DNA of 45,546 bases, filler included, from Jimgerdemannia flammicorona (taxonomy: Eukaryota), in NCBI GenBank assembly GCA_003990765.1. It is 2 parts of 2 records of this genome, joined end to end, with 100 filler letters (N's around TTAATTAATTAA, not from the genome) between each part and the next. Parts side by side here need not be neighbours in the genome. Positions count along the whole stretch, not along the records: positions 22,824 to 45,546 come from RBNJ01001217.1; 1 more part is not named here. One strand, 5' to 3'. The position numbers and the translations under genes are program-made. Shown piece by piece: positions 25,801 to 37,503 of the stretch; the stretch's first letter is position 1, and each line of letters opens with the position of its first letter. The notes under the pieces were generated by a model. It was not told the origin of the DNA and searched no databases. It worked only from the letters and a program-made list of their open reading frames with translations.

Positions 25801-26440
25801 AGACATCTACTCCCCAGTACTCTGCCGTTAGCACCCAGTTAATCCTGGATCCTAGTCCTGCCACCCAATGAGTATAGATTCGGCGATCGACCCAGAACTG
25901 TCACCCCGAGTCCACCAATGAACTCAACCTTTCCACCTCCATCCAATCCTCCAGCCCTCCACTTCTATCTCGCAGTCCTCTCCCCCCATCAGTCCTATCC
26001 ACCACATTGTCACACACCATATTGAAATCACCCCCCAGACAGTCTATCCCAGCTTCCCCCAAGACCCCTGCCTCACGCAAGTCCTTGATCCAGCCTATGC
26101 GTTCCCCTCTCTCAGCTGGGTAATAGCATGACCCAACAGTCAAAGTGTTCCAACCAGGCCTCCTCCACACCCCCCATACCAGCCTACTCCCCCAATGTCC
26201 ATTGTCCCCAATGTCCCCCATCCCTTTTCTAACCAGGATGCCCACCTGCCCTGTCCATATAGCTACCCCACCCCATTTCCAAGTCCAGTCCAGTAGGTCC
26301 ACATCTGGCTCATACTGCACATCCTGCAATAGGAAGAGATCTGCCTCCAGACCCTTCAACCAGCCAAAGATATTTCTATGCCATGACGCCCCCCTTAGCC
26401 CATTGACATTCAAAGAAAATATTCTAGTTATACTGTTCAT
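22838..26440 (-). pseudogene. LINE ORF2: apurinic endonuclease, reverse transcriptase and C-terminal Cys-containing region, disabled by point-mutation stops
   Basis: Motifs SLNVNGL, LLQD, GGDFN, SDH (APE) and APGEDG, WRPIMLL, DQEKVYDRV, GVPQGDPLSP, FVDD, YLG (RT). ORF-track pieces starting at 26467, 25864, 25363, 24820, 24523, 23383 and 23074 are all in one frame. Confidence 0.92.
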
Positions 26441-26469
26441 ATTGAATAATGTTGGTAGAGATATCACAA

Positions 26470-28390
26470 TCTAGAATTCCATGCTCCTCCTGTCCCCCTC
26501 CAGATCCAGGTGCCGTGCAGCCTCCAACTCGTCCTTCATCACCTCCTACACATCCAGTGCCTCCAAGATTTCCTGGCACTCTGCTCCATCAACCACTTCG
26601 AATTCTGTCTGATACTCCTTGCACACTACTCCCCACTTCTCCAACCCTTTCTTCGAGTTCCACAAGTAAGCTGCTCAATCATTCGCAATCCCTCGAAGTT
26701 CCTCCTCCCTCTGATCATCGACTTGATACTCCACCAACTCCAGGAGCACTGCCAGAATTTCATTCTGGACCTTCTTTGGCACCTCCTTGCTACGCAGAAT
26801 TTCCTCCCAGTGCCTATCACTCATAACCCAGAAGTCCTCACCTCCCAGCTCCTCAGCTGCCACCCTTTCCAGAGTCTTCCACAACCACTTCTCCTCATCC
26901 ACCTCCACCTTGGCACCTCGGGCACTCCCTTCCACCTCAACCACAGGGTCCACCAATGCGATCCTCCTCCCTGACTCATCCCACTCCTCCTCCAGGACAT
27001 CAAGAAGCTCCTCCTCACCTCTGGCTCCTCCTGGGACCCCATACTGTGGCTGTACTTCTACACTCATTTCAGCGTCCTCCACCCTGCTGCCCTGCCTTCC
27101 CTCCCCATGGACCTCTTGGGCCACCCTTTGAGCTACTCTGGGCTCCCCAGCCCAGTCACTTTTCCTCGATCCTACTCTACCTCCTCCCTCTCCACCTTCT
27201 ACCATGCCTTCTCCCAATTTCTCCAGCAGCTCCTTCTGATTTCACCTCCTCTGCATCTTCTCCCAGGTTCCTCGATCCATCCTGATCTTCTTCTCTTCTA
27301 CAATTTCCACCACTGTCTTGGCCTCATACTCCTTCTAAGCCAATCGTCTCCTCTCGATAGCTCCCATCAGATCCTCAAGAGCCTCCAGCAAATCCTCCTC
27401 TTCCTCCAGCATCCCTTTCACCCGGGAGACCCTGCACTCAACTGGTCTCCACTTAAGCATCACCGGCCAGTCCCTCGCCTTCCCTGTATTCTCCTGACCA
27501 AACAAGCGTACTCTTATGTCAACATCTCCAGTCCTAAGTTCCATGCCCTCCCAGACCTTGAACCCAATATTGATGATATCTCCATACTCCTTGACCACCT
27601 CCACAATCAGCTCCCTGGCCCTCTCCTGTGACATCGTAGGAAGATCCAGCACCATCAACTGCACCACTTGTGGGTCCCAGCAGATGCACCTTGCCATAGG
27701 AACTACCACTCCACCCACCACTACCCCTTTCTCCACAGCCTCCAGCATCGATGCCTCTTCTTCAAACCCAACCTCAATCCCTTCCTTCCCCTTCAGGAAC
27801 TTGACCATAGCTGCCCCCTTCACCTCCTGCACCACCAGCCCCAGAATCATCCTCACAGTCACCGCCAAGCCTCGGAAACACAATGTGACTGCGAATTCTG
27901 ACCTCAACTTTTTGAGTAATGGTGCTGACACCATGCCTGTCACTCCATCAGCTAAGTCCCCAGGCCTCGTGCCCTCCTTCTGTCCAGATCCGCCAACCAC
28001 TGTCACATCTGGATTTTTTTCCAGATTCCCCGTCACAGCCCCATCAGCAGTCACACCTCCAACCCCTACTCCCCCTCCCCCCATACCGACTGAAGCTCCC
28101 ATGGGGGGTCCTCCCTGTCCTCCTTCTGAAACCGGCATCGCCTTCCCCAGTCCCAACCAACCCTCCATCCTTGCTGCCATCTTCCCCATCCTGACCTTGT
28201 CAGCAAAGGACGTCCTCCCCCCACCTTGCTGCCTCAGTCCACCTCTCCCTCCACCTCCAGCGCCACCGCCAACCACAGATGGCCCCGGCATCCCCAAACC
28301 ATCTCCTCGTTTCCTCCCAACCTGCTGCCAGTCGAAGGCATGGCTGCCCCCCTGGCTGACATGCCCACCAGTATGCTCGTTGCTCACCAT
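26470..28390 (-). pseudogene. LINE ORF1 (Gly-rich N-terminus, Tx1-type RRM-like core, acidic/coiled-coil C-terminus)
   Basis: ORFs 27335-28390 and 26675-27217 are in the same frame, separated by TAG/TGA. The pattern SFADKV..VLDLP..KEYGDI..RTGDVDIRVRL is typical of Tx1/L1 ORF1. Confidence 0.75.
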
Positions 28391-28480
28391 GTTGATAGTA
28401 GCTTTTCACCAAAAACTTCACAGAAAGTGTTGTCCAAATCTTGTGTCACCTGAATGTTACTGGTGAAAAGAGTGCCACGC

Positions 28481-29430
28481 CTCTGTGATTATTAAAGACC
28501 ATATTGAGTATAAAGCTGAGAAAATTCTTGACAAATGAATCTACTACCACTATCTTGAATATCTAGTCAAGTGGATGGGTTACCCTGAATATGATGCTAT
28601 CTGGGAACCACTGGTCAACCTCAAGAACTCTCAAGATCTAGTTCAAGACTTTGAGATAAAATATATTGTCCAATCTCTGTAGTGACTTTCTTGGATTATC
28701 AATGACCTATAGCAATGACTAGTGTCTTATGCATCAGAAGTTTACTTTGGGACCCTGGAACTAGTAGAATATTTAATGAACAAGAAGTCCACTGAAATGA
28801 AGCTACTAGCTGAGTTCAAACCCCTTCCAGTTGGTTAGTCTGGTAATAGGTCCTCTGCTCTATACAAGGATGGCCAATCCCCACCAATACACTGATATAA
28901 GTTTGAGAAATTTTGGTTAAGTATATCTAGTCTTGTATTATCTAAGAACTCAATGAGAATATTGGTTCTTAAGGAGAGAGGGATGTAATAATTTCATAGT
29001 CATATTTAGTCTTAGTATATTTTTGTGTCTTTTAGTTAGTCTTTTCTTATTATTTCTTAAATATTCTACTATATTCCACCACCTTCTACTTGCTTAGAAA
29101 CCTTCTCTCAACACCCAGACACTATTTCTTAGTACCAAGTATCTTATCTTAGCTAGTTATGAAACCTTTTGGAATATTGTAGAATAGTATTAATTAGCTT
29201 TACTGAGAACCTATTTCTTGACATTTCTCTTTCTTTCTAAGATTCTTCCAGATCTTTCTTTCAGATCATATATAAATATCCTTGTTCTCTACCTGGATAA
29301 AGCTCAGAATATTTTTTCTCAGAAATCCTTCAAGAACACTTGAACCTTTAAGTATCTCTTCAAGCTACTTTAGGTCAACTAGAACTTTCCGATTTAGCTA
29401 CTTCCTCTTAAAGAAACTAGAACTATTATA
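28481..29430 (+). mobile_element. 3' end of a second Ty3/Gypsy chromovirus copy: chromodomain, PPT and 3' LTR (28984-29430)
   Basis: Colinear with ~36547-37503. EYLVKWMGYPEYDAIWEPLVNLKNS. PPT AAGGAGAGAGGGA at 28971-28983. The LTR starts TGTAA and has a ~17-bp deletion relative to the other two copies. Confidence 0.9.
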
Positions 29431-30309
29431 GAAAGAGTTTACTACTATTCTTCAGTAGGTCCTTAGAAGAATGTAACAACTTATCAAATATAGACTATAG
29501 TAGTAGCAAAGAGTTATTTCAGAGTATAATCTTGATTGTTTGTCAGAAGGTGGTCAGCAACTTACTTATTGGTCTATTAGTTGACTTCAAAATTAGTATC
29601 AACTATACTAATGAAACTTTGGACTTCTTGTGCAGTACTATTGAAGATAGGTAGGCTCAGACTTTTTGTTGGTCAGGTCTGTTTAACTAAGGTAGTAATG
29701 GTTGCTACTATTATGACTACTTGGGCTATGAGGTCTAGAATCTGTTAGTTTGCTATGTTGTTTACTGGAGATGGTTGGACTACTGGTAATAGTATTACTG
29801 ATATGACTTGAGGTACTAGTGCAGAGTATAATGGTGTTCTTTGAGTTTGTGTAAGTTACTAGAGTAACTGTTATAGGTCTGGAGTAAGAGCTTGATAGAT
29901 AACTTTCTATTGCTATATAGGTATATTTTGTTCTGATAGAGGTGTATCTTCTTTGGTAGTATATCTGGAATTAAATTCACTGAGATACTTCTCCTCCTCT
30001 TTACTTTAGTCTTTATATAGTTGAGTTTGCTCAGCATTAAAGTAGATAGTATCAGTTATATATCAGATTTCAGATGAGCTTAATTTAAAAGCTAGTTCTG
30101 GTTCAGTAAAGATTTTAGTTTCAGGTAGAGCCGTAGCTAGGCCTGCTTCTGGTTCAGGGTTAGATTGTTGATAAAGGATTTCTCTTGCTTCTTCTTTAAG
30201 AATATAGTAGGCCTTATAATTTTGAAAGCAGTAGTATAAGACAGTCTTAGTTCTGATATAGTGAAAGTTGGTAGAGTTGAGCCACTTGACTATAGAGGCT
30301 TAGACTTTA
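29431..30309 (-). mobile_element. Older LTR-retrotransposon gag relic that hosts the Gypsy insertions (probably continues at 37504-~38500)
   Basis: Minus-strand read-through LPIFNSTAQEVQSFISIVDTNFE..VVTFF*GPTEE***TL is gag capsid-like. The TSD at 30305/37504 shows the two flanks were once contiguous. Confidence 0.55.
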
Positions 30310-30773
30310 TATAACAATTTCACAGTCATATTTAGTCTTAGTACATTTTCATGTCTTTTAGTTAGTCTTTTCTTATCATTTCTTGAACATTCTACTATGT
30401 TCCATCATCTTCTACTTACTTAGAAACCTTCTCTTGGTACCCAGACACCACTAAAACATTCTTATCTTTCCTTAGCACTAAGTATCTTATCTTAGCTAGT
30501 CATGGAACCTTTTGGAACATTGTAGAATAGTATTAGTCAGCTTTGCTGAGAACCTATTTCTTGGCATTTCTCTTTCTTTTCAAGATCCTTCTGGATCTTT
30601 CTTTCAGATCATATATAAATATCCTTGTTTTCTACCTGAATAAAGCTCAGAATATTTTCTCCCAGAAATTCTTTGAGAATACTTAAACCTTTAAGTATCT
30701 CTTTGAGCTACTTTAGGTCAATCAGAACTTCCAGATTTAGCTGTTTCCTCTTAAAGAAACTAGAACCATTATA
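30310..30773 (+). repeat. 5' LTR (464 bp)
   Basis: Ungapped alignment to 37040-37503. Termini read TA...TA, from TG...CA. Confidence 0.93.
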
Positions 30774-31817
30774 CTTGATAGCAGTAGTGTTGTTATATCT
30801 TGCCTTATTAAGAAACCTTATACAAATTCAGAAACCAGTCACAACTAGTCACATGAACCTGAAATGAGCCATAAAGAGTCAGTCTATCAGCCAGACCTCT
30901 CTGCTATAGAAGAAGCAGGAGGACTGTAGCTCAACATAGAAGATATGATCAAAAACTTCAAGTATAACTAGAATACCAGAAAATACAAACTGTGGGTACA
31001 TCACATCCTGCCATAGCACTAGTTAGTTTCAAGCTACTCAAGCCAGATATCTTTAACAGTTATTGAGGAAGACTATCTACAGATACATGGACCTTCTAGT
31101 TGGACCAATACTTCAAACTCACAAGAATGGAAGATGACATGTAAGTCCAATTTGCCACCATACTTCTCTGAGGAAATACAGCCATCTGGTGGCACAATCA
31201 TATTATGATTATATCTGTATATGTACTCATATATACAAATCAGAGATTGGGAAGCTTTCAAGAGAGCCCTTCACAAGCAGTTCAAGCCTGCTAATGCCAC
31301 TAAGCTAGCCAGGAATAAGCTAGCAAATATCAAGCAACTCAAGTCTGTACAAAGCTACAATCCACAATTCTTGTCAATCATACTCAAGCTATCAGTAGTA
31401 TCTGAGGATGAAAAGATAGACCACTATGTCTGAGGTCTGAAGGGAAATACATGAGTCAAGGTTGAGCTAGAAGAGCCCAAATCTCTTGATGAAGCTATGA
31501 GAATTGCTAATAGATTTGATGTTATTATCTTTAGCAACCACTTCAAACCAGAACACTACAAGAACCACTTCAAGAACTACCACAGAAACCAACCAAGGAC
31601 AGTTGGCCCAGTACTAATGGACTTAGACACCATGAACAAAAAGAATACCAAGCTTACCCCTGAAGAAAAGAACTATCTAAAGAAATCTGGAGTCTGTTTC
31701 TTCTATCACCAAACAGGACACATTACAACCAAATATCCTAGGAAGACTAGCAAACCCTCAAGACCAGTCACCATGTTGTCCAAGGATACACCTGTCAATC
31801 CTACTATCAGTCAACTT

Positions 31818-32232
31818 GAGCTAAAGATCAAGAAACTTCATCTGAAGGCCCAGGTCCCTCAATATCAAATAGAAGGAGCTATTAGTCTTGACCTACACTC
31901 AGTCAAACAAATCACTATTCCAGCCAAGAGCTGTACTCTGGTGCCTACTAGAATTGTAGTTCAATGCCCTGAAGGACATTATGCTAGAATTGCACTACAA
32001 TCAGGACTCAGTATCAAATATTATTTGGATATAAGTGCTGGTGTCATTGACCCAGACTTTCGAGGACAAGTTCAAGCCTTGCTTGTTAACCAGAAGGATC
32101 AAGATTACACAGTTAAAGAAGGAGACCAAGTTGTACAAATGATCCTAGAAAAAACCAGTCAACTCAAGATTACAGAAGTCCAAGAACTCTCTGAAACCAA
32201 ATGAGATCAAAAGGGTTTTGACAGCACTGATC
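31818..32232 (+). pseudogene. dut: Retrotransposon-encoded trimeric-type dUTPase domain
   Basis: All five motifs are recognisable: GAISLDL (I), ALQSGL (II, from PRSG), AGVIDPDFRG (III), GDQVVQMI (IV), *DQKGFDST (V, from RGxxGFGST). In frame with gag upstream and protease downstream. Confidence 0.92.
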
Positions 32233-32753
32233 AAGCAGCAAGTCTTAGTGAAAATTGAGCTCAAGCTATGCTCATTTTCAAAGGCCTAGTTAAAGAAAAA
32301 GAAGTTCAAGTACTTATAGACAGCAGAGCTACAGAGAACTTTATCAATCAGAATCTCATCAAAAGTCTTAAGATCCTCACTAAGCCTATATCTAAGAATA
32401 ATAGTATAGTCACTGCAGATGGTACTCTGCACCCCATCAAGTCAATTGCTACTAAACTGCCCATCAAGATCCAGAAATATTGAAACAAGTAGACTTCGAG
32501 ATTACACCACTAGGAGATCATGACCTGATCTTAGGAAAACTCTGGCTTATGAAACACAACTCAGACATTGATTGGTATAAGAATGAGTCACCTTACTTCA
32601 AGATAGAGCCAACATTATGATCAAGACAGACAAGACTATGAGTAAGACCCAGATTGCAATACTGTTAGCTATACAGTATAAGAAAGTACTCAAGAAAGCA
32701 ATGTATGTCTTTATTGTAATGATCTGCTCCAAGAAACAAGATAAGAGACTATC

Positions 32754-33869
32754 TGTTGAGATATAACAACTCAATATATATGATGTCATCCATAGGAGAT
32801 ATCACCAATCTGTGTGATCAGTATGCATAAATTCACATCATATGTATTATCTAATAAATGGCTCTTTTTTCCCCATATTCCAAAGGAGTACTATTATATA
32901 ATAAAGGTTATGAGCCCTGCAACATATGGCAGCCCACCGAGAGTGATTCTCCACATTTGAGTCATTTGAACACCCAGTGCCTATCAAACTGGAAAACAAT
33001 AATGTGATATATACCCAAGGCAAAGGAAATGTTGGAATATATCTCTATGGGAATATTGTCAAGCCTGCAGCCATACTTGGGAATATACTATATACTCTGG
33101 AGATAGGAAAGAACCTCTTTTCTATAGGCAAGATAATGGCTTGAGATAATAAGAAGATGTACATACATTCAAAAGGTACAACCATATATAGCCTGCATGG
33201 TAATAAATACAATAAGACATTGATGACAGCCTCAAAGTGAGGCAATTTGTATATAATTAATGGAATACTGAATAGAGTAAAAGTCTTCACATACATGACA
33301 ATAACTATGTGCAACATATATAACATATGGTATAAATATTTGGGGCATATCAGTAAATCGAGCCTTGGACAAAGTATATGATTGCCAATTCACTTATAAA
33401 AGCTCTTCTGAAGCTGAAGTTCGAGCTATGCACTGAAGAAATGGGTCTTATGAGCAGGTTACAAGACTTTTCAGGCTGTTAAAAGCCTCTTATATCATAT
33501 TGAAATACATTGGTTGCATCCCTCATCTACAAGTGGATTATATATATTGAATTCTTCACTTATAAGTGGGTTATAATACATTTCTGCAGATATTACAGGC
33601 ATTTTGAAGTTTTCTAGTTACAATCTGAGTTATATACAGTTCTAGTCTTTTATATGCATAATATTGCTTTTATCTAGTTTGCATTTTTCTTTTTTAGTTC
33701 ATATCTCCTTAAGTAGGAGTATTGAGATATAACAACTTGATATGTATAATGTTATCTATAAGAGATATCACCAATCTGTGTGATCAGTATGCATAAATTC
33801 ATGTTATATATATTATTCAATAAATGGCTCTTTCTTTCTCATATTCCAAAGGAGTACTATTATACAACA
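32754..33869 (+). mobile_element. Internally deleted Ty1/Copia element (1116 bp, 150-bp LTRs) nested in the Gypsy between PR and RT
   Basis: LTRs 32754-32903 and 33720-33869; perfect TSD CTATC (32749-32753, 33870-33874); Copia-type PBS GGTTATGAGCCC at 32906; purine tract before the 3' LTR. The interior translates to GKGNV..KNLFSIG..GNLY..WYKYLGH (Copia post-protease and GAG-pre-integrase). Confidence 0.9.
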
Positions 33870-36800
33870 CTATCAGTCAATGAAAGTGTCAAGCTACTGC
33901 TAGAAGAGTTCAAAGATGTCTTTTCAGACAAGCTACCTAATCTACCACCTACATGAGAAGTTGATCATGAAATTGAACTGACCCTAGGAGCTATACTACT
34001 CAAGAAATACATGTACTGTATGTCACTACTCAAAATTGAAGTAGTCAAGAAGGAACTAGAAGAACTACTTGTACAAGGAGCCATCCAGCCAAGCAAATCT
34101 CCTTATGGCTCACTAGTCTTATTTGTCAAGAAGAAGAATGGTACCCTGTGAATATGTATAGACTATCATATACTCAACAAACTCACTATTAAGAACCACT
34201 ATTCACTACCCTTGATTGATCAAATCTTTGATACTCTCAGGAATGCTAAGTACTTTACCAAGTTAGACCTCATGTCAGAATACCACCAGATCTGAATCAA
34301 GCCAGAAGATATTCTCAAGACTACATTCATAACCCCCTTTGGACTCTACAAATTCCTGATCTTAGCATTTGATCTCACCAATATATCTGCCACATTCTAG
34401 ATCCTGATGAATAAGATATTCAAGGACCAACTATTTATTTTCCTGTTGGTATATCTTGATGACATTCTGATCTTTAATGCAACTAAAAAAGAATACCTCA
34501 AATATATTTGAATAGTTCTGGAGATTCTGCAAAAACACAAGCTTTATGCTAAGCTCAAGAAGTGTGAATTCTTTAAAGAACAAGTCAAATACCTTAGCCA
34601 CATTATCTCTATACAAGGAATTCAAGTAGACCTACACAAGATAGAAGTAATTGAAGAATGGCTCATTCTGTCAAACCTCACAGAACTCCAATCCTTCCTT
34701 GGTCTAGCTGGCTATTACTGCTACTTTGTTAGAAACTTCTCTGGTATTACTGAGCCACTGACTAACCTCATGAGGAAGGCCCCACACTCAGACCACTATG
34801 TACCCTACACCTAGGACCTCTTCTGTCAACAAGCCTTTCAAGAACTCAAGAACTGTCTGACCTATACTCCAGTTCTATGTAATACAGATCAAGGCCTAAA
34901 ATTTATAGTCACTACTGATGTGTCAAATTTTGCCATTAGAGCAGTCCTATCACAAGATGATAGCAAAGAACATCACTCTATTGTTTTTGAGTCTTGTAAG
35001 CTGGCTCCAGCTGAACAAAAGCTAGCTACTTATGAGAAGGAACTACTAGTAATAATATATGTACTAGACCACTGGTGATGTTACCTAGAAGATGTTGAGT
35101 TTGATATCATTACTGATCATCAATCTCTCAAGTACATCAACACCCAACCTACTCTGTCACATCTACAAGCCAAGTAGAGTCTCAAGCTTCAAACCTTCAA
35201 TCTGACAATCATCTACAAGTCTGGCAAGACACTTGTAATACCAGATATCTTATCAAGATGTCCAGACCTTGCCACAATTATATAAGTTACCTTGGCATCA
35301 GAATTCCTAGACCAAATCAGGCAAGCTTACAAAGAAGACATAGTTGCCACTAGAGTTTTCTTGAATGAACTCAAGGATATATGTCAAGAATAATCTAATC
35401 TATCATCAAGACCAAGTCTATCTATCTGAAAACATGAACCTACACTACAAGGTTTTGCAAGAACACCATGACTTCCCTCTCATCAGTTACCTGGGAATTG
35501 AGAAGACTGTCAAGAATATTCAATGCTACTACTATTGGCCAAACATGGTTAAGGAAATCAAGAACTATGTTACCAGCTATGATCTATGTCAATACAACAA
35601 GTCTACCAATCAAGCATCTGCTGGTTTACTACAACTACTGCCAATTTCTACCAAGAAGTTTGAGCAAGTCACCATGGACTTTGTAACTCAACTACTATGA
35701 ACTCAATCTGGTGCTGATACTATCATCATATTTATTGACCACTTGACTAAGACTATGATTGCTGAACCAATCACTATCAATGCTACTGTATCTGAGATTG
35801 CAAGAATCTTCTTCAAGTCTATCTTCCATCACTATATTCTACCACAAGTAATTGTTAGTGATCATAACCCAAGTTCATCAATTACTTCTAGCAAACCCTC
35901 TTCAAGACTTTGGGAACTCAATTGGCTATGTCTACTGCCTTTCACCCACAAACTGATCAACAAACTGAGTATATGAACAGAACTCTAGAACAAATGCTTA
36001 GAAACTATGTTTTTTACAAATAAGATGATTGGGATATCTACTTGACTTATATAGAGTTTATATACAACAATACTATCTAATTATCTACTGGTCTTTTCCC
36101 TTTCCAGTTACTCCACAGTCAAGATTCCAAGACCTCTGCAAGTCTATTCTCTTTCAAGAAACTCCACCAAATACAAGTCTTAACCACTAAGAACCTTACA
36201 GACAAAATGGACAAACTACTTAAGATTGCTACTATGAATCTTCAGAAGACTCAATAGCATCAAGCCAAGTATACTGACAAGAAACACCATGATGTCACTT
36301 ATACTATTAGAGATCAAGTCCTACTGTTTACTGAGAACCTCAAGATACAATCTCAAGTCAATCACCCTTCAAACAAGTTCCAACCCAAGTATATTGGACC
36401 TTTTGAGATCACTGAATAAGTCTCTGCATCCTCCTACCATCTCAAGCTACCTGAAACTATAAGAGTATACCCAGTCTTTCATATGTCACATCTTAAGACC
36501 TAGAACTAGTTACCACCCTACCCTGGTCAAATTCCTAAGCCTTCTGCCCCTGTAATTATCAAAGACCATATCGAGTACAAAGCTGAGAAAATTCTTAACA
36601 AATGAATCTGCTACTATCATCCTGAATATCTAGTCAAGTGGATGGGTTATCTTGAATATGATGCTACCTGAGAACCACTGGTCAATCTCAAGAACTCTTA
36701 AGATCTAGTTCAAGACTTTAAGACAAAATACATTACTCAACCCCTATAGTGACTTTTTTGGATTATTGATAACCTATGGCAATGACCAGTATCTTATGCA

Positions 36801-37039
36801 TCAGAAGTTTACTTTGGGACCAGAATATTTAATGAATAAGAAGTTCACTGAAATGAAGCTACTAGCTGGGTTCAAACTCCTCTCAGTTGGTTAGTCTGGT
36901 AATAGGCCCTCTGCCCTATATGAGAATGGCCAATTTCCATCAATGTACTGATTCAAGTTTGAGAAATTTTGGTTAAGTATATCTAGTCTTATATTACCTA
37001 AGAACTTAATGAGAATGTTAGTTCTTAAGGAGAGAGGGA

Positions 37040-37503
37040 TATAATAATTTCACAATTATATTTAGTCTTAGTACATTTTCGTATCTTTTAGTTAGTCTTT
37101 TCTTATCATTTTTTGAACATTCTACTATGTTCTGTCACCTTCTACTTACTTAGAAACCTTCTCTTGATACCCAGATACTACTAGAACATTCTTGTCTTTT
37201 CTTGATATAAAGTATCTTGTCTTAGCTAGTCATGGAATCTTTCAGAACATTGTAGAATAGTATTAGTCAGCTTTGCTGAGAACCTATTTCTTGGCATTTC
37301 TCTTTCTTTCCAAGATCCTTCCAGATCTTTCTTTCAGATTATATATAAATATCCTTATTCTCTGTCCAAATAAAGCTCAAAATATTTTTTCCCAGAAATC
37401 CTTCAAGAATACTTAAACCTTTAAGTATCTCTTTGAGCTACTTTAGATCAACCAGAACTTCCAGATTTAGTCACTTTCTTTTAAAGAAACTAGAACTGTT
37501 ATA
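37040..37503 (+). repeat. 3' LTR (464 bp)
   Basis: Follows PPT AAGGAGAGAGGGA and is followed by TSD CTTCA. Confidence 0.93.

Larger units (their letters stand above)
22824..28480 (-). mobile_element. Near full-length L1/Tx1-clade LINE (ORF1 and APE-RT ORF2); 3' tail lost in the gap
   Basis: ORF1 from 28390 and ORF2 from ~26440 to 22838. The 5' end abuts Gypsy chromodomain sequence at ~28481. Confidence 0.93.
30310..37503 (+). mobile_element. Full-length degenerate Ty3/Gypsy chromovirus: gag-zinc knuckle-dUTPase-PR-RT-RH-IN-chromodomain
   Basis: 464-bp LTRs; 5-bp TSD CTTTA/CTTCA; PBS-like TGATAGCAG at 30776 (tRNA-iMet-like TGGTAGCAG); PPT 37027-37039. Protease LIDSRA (~32310); RT YLDD at 34452-34463; RNase H TTDVS..AVLSQ (~34910); integrase HH..YYWP and MDFV; GPF (~36396); chromodomain ~36570-36725. 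Confidence 0.95.

Noticed and set aside
23297..28466. Many plus-strand Pro/Ser-rich ORFs, including the 316-aa ORF 27516-28466
   Set aside because: Antisense shadows of the G-rich LINE ORF1 and ORF2.
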